From positions 3,609 through 67,608 of the forward strand of contig NZ_JABSSM010000023.1 of the NCBI RefSeq assembly GCF_013214165.1: a DNA stretch of 64,000 nt, written 5' to 3'. Origin of the DNA: Shewanella sp. Lineage in GTDB: Bacteria > Pseudomonadota > Gammaproteobacteria > Enterobacterales > Shewanellaceae. Positions within the stretch are counted from its first letter, which is position 1. Every line of letters begins with the position of its first letter. Under the pieces are notes generated by a model. It did not search any database, was not told the DNA's origin, and saw only the letters and a program-made list of their open reading frames with translations. The position numbers and the translations under genes were made by a program. This document shows positions 1 through 7,297 of the stretch, piece after piece.

Positions 1-155
1 AAACCGTCTTGATTTAACTTACGTTGTAGCGCATGCATTGCCCCTAACCAAGCCGTCATTGCAGGGAAGCCTATGGTAAAAGGGCTAGATAATGCATTGG
101 CATTATGCACTTTAATATGTGGCAATATTAATAGGGTTTTGATTTCACCGCTCAT
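1..155 (-). CDS. csy2: Type I-F Csy2 (Cas5f), 5' part only; runs off the window
   Basis: Manual translation from ATG at 155-153 (ATGA overlap with csy1 stop, AAGGAGG RBS): MSGEIKTLLILPHIKVHNANALSSPFTIGFPAMTAWLGAMHALQRKL, the typical Csy2 N-terminus. Confidence 0.92.
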   Translation of the reverse strand, partial: MSGEIKTLLILPHIKVHNANALSSPFTIGFPAMTAWLGAMHALQRKLNQDG

Positions 156-1411
156 CGTAGCGCCTCCTTATGCTGAGTGATCATTCTCAAAAAATGTAAC
201 CGTTCTTCCTCACCTAGCATCACTGCCTGCTTACCCATAACCGTTTTATACGTGCTTGCAAACCAACTGGATATCTCATTGACCAAAGTATCTAGCCATT
301 CATCCGTGTTTTCACGTTCTTCGATAAACTCATGGTGTAACCATATTTTTTGCACGCGAGTCAGTTGTGATATCTCGCTGTTATATTGCAACTCAGAAAT
401 ACTGCGAATTGCCCACATTTTGGCAATGATTTTGTCCATCACTTCGTGAATACGCGCATCGCGACTATTACGTAATTTTTTATTGTTTTTATAATCAATT
501 TTAAAGATGCGGTGCAGCGCTTGAAACACATCCTTATATTCATAAGGTCGAAACGATTCGCTAAAAAAATTACTACGTGGAAAATGAATGGTGCGTTTTT
601 CTATTTGTGGTGGTAGTGATGACAACAGATGTGCTTTACCCCCATTTTGATTATTCAGCACGCTGATATTTTGTGGTTTAGTGCCGCCATAACCAATCGT
701 GGTTAAACCATATATTTCTGCAAAACCCTGCTCACTAAATTCATTCTTTTTCCTTAATTCTCTTAGTACTTTAACCTCGTCATTAAAACGTAAATTATCG
801 ATACGCTTTCGCAGCTGATATAACATGCCCGAATTGGTTAATAGGGAAAGCTGGTGATAGTCCTCTGCAACAGGAAAATACACTTGTTTTATTTTAGAGC
901 TGGTAACATTTTCACTGCCACTTTCCGCCATCGCGACAAAACCTGCTTTTAACTCCGTATAAGAGACTTCTTTTAGCGTCAATAACTGCGCGGCCAGTTG
1001 TGAATCATTTTGAATATGTGTGAGCAGTTGCTGGCCATCGGTCATTTCTAAGGTTAAAAATTTATACACATCCAGTGCCGCAGCGTTACCCAATGCATCG
1101 GTATCAACAACCACATTACCGCTGCGTAAAAAACCATCTATCGCACTGTCTGCGTTGGCGATAACCGAACTAACGTAGCCATTTTTATTTTTTCGAGCAC
1201 TCGGATGACTAAACGTACAGGGGTGCGTCGCCATTGAGATCTGACCCGCTCTTTTCGCCGCGTTGGGCAGCCAAGTTGATAACGAGAATACCGCTTCACA
1301 TTGTTGTTGTGTTTCTCGAATTTGAGCTTCATCCATCGAAGCCTTTAGATTTTTCTTTAACCACGCTTCTTTTCGTTCTTCAAAGAAACGGGTGATAGCA
1401 GGATCTAACAT
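152..1411 (-). CDS. csy1: Type I-F Csy1 (Cas8f)
   Basis: 419 aa; motifs ATHPCTFSHP, DALGNAAALDVYKFL, SSKIKQVYFPV, GGTKPQNIS; sits between cas2-3 and csy2. Confidence 0.95.
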   Translation of the reverse strand: MLDPAITRFFEERKEAWLKKNLKASMDEAQIRETQQQCEAVFSLSTWLPNAAKRAGQISMATHPCTFSHPSARKNKNGYVSSVIANADSAIDGFLRSGNVVVDTDALGNAAALDVYKFLTLEMTDGQQLLTHIQNDSQLAAQLLTLKEVSYTELKAGFVAMAESGSENVTSSKIKQVYFPVAEDYHQLSLLTNSGMLYQLRKRIDNLRFNDEVKVLRELRKKNEFSEQGFAEIYGLTTIGYGGTKPQNISVLNNQNGGKAHLLSSLPPQIEKRTIHFPRSNFFSESFRPYEYKDVFQALHRIFKIDYKNNKKLRNSRDARIHEVMDKIIAKMWAIRSISELQYNSEISQLTRVQKIWLHHEFIEERENTDEWLDTLVNEISSWFASTYKTVMGKQAVMLGEEERLHFLRMITQHKEALR

Positions 1412-4400
1412 TGCTCTCTCCCTATTTTCACTAATCCAAATTGATCACTGTACTCGTACTTCTCACCGTCTCTGACAACAAAACTTAATTCGCCATAACG
1501 CAGTGATACTTGCCGTCTTGTTGGTAGTACGTCTGCGTCAATGTGTGCATCTAATACATCAAGGTAATCGCGTACTAGCCATAAATTATTTCGTTCACTT
1601 GTCGATAAACTCACCGGCGTTATTTGCCATATGTTGTCGACATTGATTAAATTACCCGCGATATCTGTTATACGTAAACCTTGCTCGTCTTTCTCGGTAA
1701 AATAACAATCTTCATCATTGCTATTTGCCACTAAAAATATTTTACTACTGGGCTCACTTTGCCTAAACGAATGCAGCAGTTGTGGCATTGCCGTTAAAAA
1801 CCACGTTGAATCAAGGTAGCCTTGCAGTGCTTGTGGGCCGAGCTGGGTATATTGAGTCAGTAATGCACCTATAGCGCGATGTTCAATACCCGCTAAATGC
1901 TGGCCTTGTGATTGATCTAATTGAGTAATGCGAGGAATCGCATTGATGCCGTTTTCAAGCGCTGCCAGGTTGACAATTTTACTCAGATCATGGGTTGGCA
2001 TTGGCTTAGTTTCATAGCCTGGTCGGGTAAAATAAACACCGCCTTGTTTGTCGCCTGCTATATATGCTTGGTAGTTATATTGCATTAAGCCAATATTAGC
2101 TTGAGTCACTTCGCCTTCGCGATGACGACGAACCCGCCCTGCTAATTGCACAATAGAGCGATAAGACGACGGTTCAACTACTGCCCAGTCAAAGTCATGA
2201 TCTCGCCCAACTTCCTCTACTGGGGTGGCAACCAGAATAAAAATAATCTGCTTGGCGTTACTGTTATCAAGGTGACCACGAATAATGGCATTGCTGAACG
2301 CCTTTGGCGCTTCGCCGGCCTTTTCTTTGCGCTTTAACACTTGGTCAAGGTGCTGTTCTTGTTCATGACGCAGTAACAAAACCTGCTGGCTATGATATGC
2401 CATGACCTTGACTTCGGTATCCGCTGGAAATTCAGCACTCAACAAGTAGCGAGTTAACTCAACACAAGGAGAAATATTGGCAACCCGGACAACACCAAAT
2501 GACACCTGTTTATTTGTCAGTTCGTCAACGGTATGGTGGTGTTGATGTTTCACTAACACCGCGTCTTTAATATGCTGAAAATAAGTCTCTTGCTTGCTTA
2601 TTCCATCTGTCGATTTAGTGTTAACCCTGTTGACTTCGCACGCCACAATATGGCCTTTACGTTTCGCGGTTTGATTGGTTAGCAACTTGATACGTTTATC
2701 AATAAAGGCATCGTGGAACGATTTATATTGCGCTATGGCGGGTTCACTATCACTAGATTTGACAGTTTCAACCTGAGTATACGACTCGTCAATCCAAGCA
2801 CAGCCTATAATGGCCTGTGACTCGGTACGTGATAGGCAATATAACTGCCAGCCTTTTTTGTAGGCATTAAAATAGCCTTCAGCCAAGCTTGGGGGAATGG
2901 TGGCAGAAGATATCATCACCTTACGCCCCAGCATGCCAGCAAGGTGAATAAGTCGCCCGATGGCAATTAAATCTGAACCGGTAAAATCATCAATTTCATC
3001 AATCACCAGATCAGACGACATCAAGCGTAATGACGGTAAAATATAACGACCACCGCGTTTGGTTTCTGTTGCCGCCATGATGTGATCAATCGTGCAAGCT
3101 AAAACGGGGGCATAAAGAAACTGCTTATCTTTATTTTTAGTCAGCACTGTCGTTAGGCCACTTTCAGGAATATCACAGTCATAATCAATAAACTCATCCA
3201 GTAACGACTCTGCCGATTCAGAACCCACGGCTTCCGCTGTCAATTCTTCCTCTGCTGCTACACGCTTATTATGTAAATCAGCCACCGCTTTAGACCCAAT
3301 TAACACGGCCAGTTGGCTTTTATCCAATCCGATACGTTGTCGATATTCATCGCCAGTCTGCAAGGTCAATGTGCGTAACCCAAGCGCTAAAATATAGCGC
3401 AAACTTTGCTGATCTACCGATAATGCTCGCATCACTTTGGCGTTAGCGAAGGTTTTACCACAGCCCGTACTCGCCATATTGACCGCAAAAAAACCAAACG
3501 CTTGCTTGGACTGCTGTTGGCGCCACTCCGTTATACTTTCTACCGCTTTATCTTGCCAACGAAATGCTTTAGGACTTGGCTTTCTTAACGCTTGAATATC
3601 TTGGGCTAACGGTGGTTCAGACTCAAAGGCAGGTAATAGATGCGCGGTATCCAGTGCCACTTTAGCGACGCCCACCAAGTGCTCATCTAATTTCTGCTTT
3701 AACTGATTAGTGTCTCGGTCGGTATTAGCAAATAAACCTGTGGTATCTTGCCAACCTTTGGCAGCATCTTGAGATGAATAGTTATGATCACCTAACATCA
3801 AACACAAACGCGCATGATGTAATACTAAACGATAGCTGCCGTCGGCGATCGCCTCTTTAATTAGTGGTAATTGATGTTGTAATTGGGTCGCCCTGCGTTT
3901 AACTAACTTATTCCATTGTGGAGACTGGGTTAATAAACCTTTGGGGAATTCAAAGCATTGTTTAACCCGGGCTTGATATTCAACTTCATCTTGGCGATTT
4001 TCATAGCCCCATTCTTGACTAATCTCACCCAGCAAATCGTCTATTCGCGGAAAGTCTTCTCCGAGATATTTGTTTCTTACTGCTTTTTTATCCCAAGAAT
4101 ACAAGGGTAATCTATGGTGCGAGACGAGCAACCAAGCGATGAGTTTGGCAGCATCTGGCAGTCCTTGCAGTGGTTTGCTGATGTTTTCACTCGAGACGGC
4201 TTTAATTCGCTGTTCGTCCAACTCGCCCATAATAAGCACTTTGAGCCAGTCTTCATCGCCAGCATCACTCGAACGAACCAGTGCATTAAGCAATAAACAA
4301 GATATCCATTCGTGTCGGATCGGATCACCTTTACATTTACTTTTACTGTCTGGGTTGAGCTTATTTTGAAACAGTCGCGATGCCTTGCCCCAATCATGTA

Positions 4401-4764
4401 ACAGCGCGGCAAGTCCGGTGAGCGATTTTATTAATGGCAGATACTTCCAATCATTTTCTATTTCCATGTTTAACAAGTTTCGCTTGGTAGTATTCACTGG
4501 CACCACTCCTTCACCATTAAACTTACTCTTATTGCCCACCACCCATATAAACTGACTGCGAGCGCGTGAGCGGATCCAATGGCAGCTCACCGCGGTACTT
4601 TTACTGGCAGTTTGTCGCAGCATCTTTTTTACCGCCTGCAAGCCGTCTTCAGTGATAATGGTTTGCCAGGTATTGTCACCGATGCGATTGGCAAAGGCGT
4701 CTAACACCCGCCGGGTTTTCTTTAAGGCGTTTTTCTCGCACATTGACACGAATGTAACCATCAT
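1405..4764 (-). CDS. cas3: Type I-F Cas2-3 fusion (Cas2 domain + HD nuclease + SF2 helicase)
   Basis: N-terminal Cas2-like MVTFVSMCEKNALKKTRRVLD; HD motif LLHDWGK; Walker A ASTGCGKT; DEID box; ATPVEEVGRDHDFD. Confidence 0.97.
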   Translation of the reverse strand: MMVTFVSMCEKNALKKTRRVLDAFANRIGDNTWQTIITEDGLQAVKKMLRQTASKSTAVSCHWIRSRARSQFIWVVGNKSKFNGEGVVPVNTTKRNLLNMEIENDWKYLPLIKSLTGLAALLHDWGKASRLFQNKLNPDSKSKCKGDPIRHEWISCLLLNALVRSSDAGDEDWLKVLIMGELDEQRIKAVSSENISKPLQGLPDAAKLIAWLLVSHHRLPLYSWDKKAVRNKYLGEDFPRIDDLLGEISQEWGYENRQDEVEYQARVKQCFEFPKGLLTQSPQWNKLVKRRATQLQHQLPLIKEAIADGSYRLVLHHARLCLMLGDHNYSSQDAAKGWQDTTGLFANTDRDTNQLKQKLDEHLVGVAKVALDTAHLLPAFESEPPLAQDIQALRKPSPKAFRWQDKAVESITEWRQQQSKQAFGFFAVNMASTGCGKTFANAKVMRALSVDQQSLRYILALGLRTLTLQTGDEYRQRIGLDKSQLAVLIGSKAVADLHNKRVAAEEELTAEAVGSESAESLLDEFIDYDCDIPESGLTTVLTKNKDKQFLYAPVLACTIDHIMAATETKRGGRYILPSLRLMSSDLVIDEIDDFTGSDLIAIGRLIHLAGMLGRKVMISSATIPPSLAEGYFNAYKKGWQLYCLSRTESQAIIGCAWIDESYTQVETVKSSDSEPAIAQYKSFHDAFIDKRIKLLTNQTAKRKGHIVACEVNRVNTKSTDGISKQETYFQHIKDAVLVKHQHHHTVDELTNKQVSFGVVRVANISPCVELTRYLLSAEFPADTEVKVMAYHSQQVLLLRHEQEQHLDQVLKRKEKAGEAPKAFSNAIIRGHLDNSNAKQIIFILVATPVEEVGRDHDFDWAVVEPSSYRSIVQLAGRVRRHREGEVTQANIGLMQYNYQAYIAGDKQGGVYFTRPGYETKPMPTHDLSKIVNLAALENGINAIPRITQLDQSQGQHLAGIEHRAIGALLTQYTQLGPQALQGYLDSTWFLTAMPQLLHSFRQSEPSSKIFLVANSNDEDCYFTEKDEQGLRITDIAGNLINVDNIWQITPVSLSTSERNNLWLVRDYLDVLDAHIDADVLPTRRQVSLRYGELSFVVRDGEKYEYSDQFGLVKIGREQC

Positions 4765-4780
4765 CAGATTTAACCTACCT

Positions 4781-4948
4781 TCATTCGTTATCCAAAAAGT
4801 TTTTTATCGCTATGCTTAACTTAACCATGAATATTAGTAATTCCCCACTCCTATGCCAAGACATACGGCACCGACACTTATCAATACATCTTCTTATTTT
4901 TATTATTAAATTAAGCATCACCCTGTACACAGCACATACTATTTTCAT
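4781..4948 (-). CDS. Putative 55-aa small ORF upstream of cas2-3 (candidate toxin or leader ORF)
   Basis: GAGAGG (4963-4958) 9 nt before ATG at 4948; MKIVCAVYRVMLNLIIKIRRCIDKCRCRMSWHRSGELLIFMVKLSIAIKNFLDNE; its TGA abuts the cas2-3 RBS; no recognised family. Confidence 0.4.
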   Translation of the reverse strand: MKIVCAVYRVMLNLIIKIRRCIDKCRCRMSWHRSGELLIFMVKLSIAIKNFLDNE

Positions 4949-4995
4949 TATAAGAAGCCTCTCATCCATTAAAGAGAGCACAGCTTACCCTACCC

Positions 4996-5024
4996 GATCT
5001 AACCGATCAACCTATGTATGTCAA
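4996..5024 (-). promoter_or_regulatory. Candidate sigma70 promoter for small ORF + cas2-3/csy operon
   Basis: Perfect TTGACA at 5024-5019; imperfect -10 at 17-nt (TAGATC) or 16-nt (TTAGAT) spacing. Confidence 0.55.
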
Positions 5025-5033
5025 AAATAAAAC
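5011..5033 (+). promoter_or_regulatory. PAM + protospacer matched by the mini-array spacer
   Basis: CC (5011-5012) then TATGTATGTCAAAAATAAAAC versus spacer TATGTATGTCAAAAATATAAA; first 17 nt identical, 19/21 overall. Confidence 0.9.
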
Positions 5034-5051
5034 TGTGACTTATGAAAGATA

Positions 5052-5080
5052 GTGACGCTAACCTATCAATCCAATATAAT
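5052..5080 (+). promoter_or_regulatory. sigma70 promoter of the mini-array
   Basis: GTGACG (5052-5057), N17, perfect TATAAT (5075-5080); predicted TSS about 5085-5087. Confidence 0.75.
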
Positions 5081-5081
5081 G

Positions 5082-5158
5082 ACCAGCTGCCGCACAGGCA
5101 GCTTAGAAATATGTATGTCAAAAATATAAAGTACACTGCCGAGCAGGCAGCCTAACAG
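5082..5158 (+). CRISPR. Mini-array (pseudo-repeat / 21-nt spacer / pseudo-repeat), antisense to cas genes; CreA/CreR-like regulatory crRNA
   Basis: R1 accagCTGCCGCACAGGCAGCTTAGAAA (last 23 nt identical to array repeat); spacer 5110-5130; R2 GTACACTGCCGAGCAGGCAGcctaacag (5-bp stem intact), overlapping the cas1 stop. Confidence 0.9.
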
Positions 5159-6168
5159 CCAGCAACATTATTGCTGGCTGTTTTTTCATTAAGGGCAATG
5201 TTTTTTACCGTCTCAAACATAAAATCGAGCGCTTTATGATCGGTAAATGCTTGCAGTACTTGCTGCCTAAACTCTTGTTCGGTGAGCTTTTCTTTAGCGC
5301 AAATAAAAGCCCAAGGTAAGACGATGGCATCTTTAATCAAATCGGCAATATCAAACACCAAGGCTCCCCTTCTGGTCTTGCCGTGCATCACGGCAAAACC
5401 GTGGGGTATGCCTAATACCCATAGGGTGGTTGCCGCTAACCCATAAGCGAGATAATTACCATGATTGAGAAAGTCGTTGGCCTTGTCGGTAGACTGATGC
5501 TGACGGGTAAAGTCTGACGTGTTAGTCACATTGGCGGCAAATTTGTAGAGCTGCTTGGTGAGCTGCGCTTCGGTTAACAAGAGATCTGACGGCTTAGCGG
5601 CGGTGATCATGCGTTGATCAAAACGCTGTAATGCAGCTTCAATATTGCTATCGCTAGTCGTAAAACCTGCTAATTTAAGATCCCTGTCTTTACCCCAAAC
5701 ATGATGTAAAAATTCAATCCGTGCTTGTTGAAATTGTTTGGCGGCATCGAGTCGTTTATTGTCATCAAACCAAAAACCCATCCAACCTTGTAAGTATTCC
5801 GTAGGGCGATATTCACTTTGTGGGGTAAACCATTCAATGGCATTGCCCATGTATAACGGTGTGCCTCCGCCACCAGAAAAACCAATCAATACGCCGGCTT
5901 GTGCCAACATTCTTACCGCAGCTTGGGTGATCGACGTACCATTGCCCAGTAACAGAACCGTGGTATTGGCAATGGGAATATTGAAGTATTGGTTTTCTTT
6001 CTTTGCCTCTGTCAGATACAACACCCGACCGTCTTTTTGCATCACTCGGCAATATTCGAGGTAATAGATGTTGGCACGCTTAGAGTGCAGTATCGCTTTG
6101 AGATCTGATGATGAAAAGTTATCCAATTTATCGGCCCGTATTATATTGTTGGGTGAGTAAGGTGCCAC
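5152..6168 (-). CDS. cas1: Type I-F Cas1
   Basis: DLKAILHSKRANIYYLEYCRV, NIPIANTT, HGKTRRGALVFDIADLIKD motifs; true start probably TTG at 6126 (MDNFSSSDLK) by analogy with I-F Cas1 N-termini. Confidence 0.97.
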   Translation of the reverse strand: MAPYSPNNIIRADKLDNFSSSDLKAILHSKRANIYYLEYCRVMQKDGRVLYLTEAKKENQYFNIPIANTTVLLLGNGTSITQAAVRMLAQAGVLIGFSGGGGTPLYMGNAIEWFTPQSEYRPTEYLQGWMGFWFDDNKRLDAAKQFQQARIEFLHHVWGKDRDLKLAGFTTSDSNIEAALQRFDQRMITAAKPSDLLLTEAQLTKQLYKFAANVTNTSDFTRQHQSTDKANDFLNHGNYLAYGLAATTLWVLGIPHGFAVMHGKTRRGALVFDIADLIKDAIVLPWAFICAKEKLTEQEFRQQVLQAFTDHKALDFMFETVKNIALNEKTASNNVAGC

Positions 6169-6210
6169 TTTACTGGGTTCCTAAGCCTTAACAATACTGT
6201 GTAAAATCTC

Positions 6211-6229
6211 AGGTAAAGTGACTTTACCT
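6211..6229. promoter_or_regulatory. Perfect 8-bp inverted repeat between WYL gene and cas1 (candidate operator)
   Basis: AGGTAAAG-TGA-CTTTACCT; about 45 bp upstream of a candidate cas1 promoter GTGGCA-N17-TATAAT (6168-6140, minus). Confidence 0.45.
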
Positions 6230-6258
6230 CGATGGTATGATTGATGATAAAAACGAGG

Positions 6259-7086
6259 TTAATGGTTTAAAAGCCACTTTTTGATGTCATCTTGGTTGAC
6301 TAGAATTAATTGTTGGGCCTCTGGCGTGCCGTCTAACATTTTGGTATTGACCTGCAACTCCCGCAGCAAATAACTGGCCAGTGCGGCGCGGGTGTTAATA
6401 ATGAGTTGGCCGCCTTCCATTTGATAGTCATGGGCTAGTACTGCTTTTTTTGCAGGGGATAAGCGTGGATCTGGCTGTAAAATAAGTGGGATGTAGGTTT
6501 GCCAGTCACGATCTAAGCTGGCGTCTTGGTAAGGCCCATCTACAATGTCTGCCACGCCTCTGAAGCGGCTTAATACTAGGTCACGGTATTGTTGTGATTT
6601 TTCGCAATAACCTCTTACATGCCAACGTAATCCTGTATTGACGAATGTATGAGGATGAAAAATACGCCCATCACTCTCTGGATTAGACAGGGAAATATAA
6701 TTAGTTTCCATTCGTTTACGTTGCCGAATCGCTTTTACCAGTACCCTGATAACGTCGACTGAGACTCTGCGGGTGGGCAGGGCAAGATGGCTGACGTTAG
6801 CGGTAATGGGAGAGTGTTCATGAATTTGCTTTGTGTCAAACCACTGAAGATATTGATTAATGTCTGATGACATATAGTGTGCGATAAATGTTTTACTGGG
6901 CTTAAAACCATGGCTGGTTTGAATTAAGTTATCAGGAAACTGTTCATTGTAACGTTTAAAGTCTTGATAAGCCTGTTGGCGACTGATAGCAAATTGTTCA
7001 GTGAGTTGTTTATTCGTTACAGTGCCTTCCCACCATGCGACTAGTTCAATGAACAGTTTCCTCTGTTGTAAATTATTTGTAGCCAT
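6259..7086 (-). CDS. wHTH-WYL transcriptional regulator, CapW-like
   Basis: N-terminal IELVAWWEG...FAISRQQAYQDF (wHTH); WYL core FHPHTFVNTGLRWHVRGYCEKSQQYRDLVLSRF; C-terminal PDPRLS...DYQM...TRAAL dimerisation-type segment. Confidence 0.85.
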   Translation of the reverse strand: MATNNLQQRKLFIELVAWWEGTVTNKQLTEQFAISRQQAYQDFKRYNEQFPDNLIQTSHGFKPSKTFIAHYMSSDINQYLQWFDTKQIHEHSPITANVSHLALPTRRVSVDVIRVLVKAIRQRKRMETNYISLSNPESDGRIFHPHTFVNTGLRWHVRGYCEKSQQYRDLVLSRFRGVADIVDGPYQDASLDRDWQTYIPLILQPDPRLSPAKKAVLAHDYQMEGGQLIINTRAALASYLLRELQVNTKMLDGTPEAQQLILVNQDDIKKWLLNH

Positions 7087-7297
7087 ACCCTTCCTTAGGT
7101 TGTGTACACCAGAGTCAAATATCCGGACATATGATAAGCCTATGCTTTTATTAACAACTTAACGTTTAACAATATCACATTACAGGATATTTATGGCGAA
7201 CACTAGACGGTTGTTTTTTGTTGCAGTGATAGAGCAATTAGCTGAACGTAAAAGTGAGTTGATTTAAAGAGTTGGTAAGATTAGTCACAGTTGAGGA

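Noticed and set aside
6127-6168. 14-codon N-terminal extension of Cas1 in the ORF track
   Set aside because: Overlaps a GTGGCA-N17-TATAAT promoter candidate; I-F Cas1 proteins begin near MDNFSSSDLK
7281-7297. Sequence after the terminal repeat shares AACTGTGACT with 5031-5040 next to the mini-array target
   Set aside because: Match is at guide positions 6-15 with no seed match and no CC PAM; treated as chance
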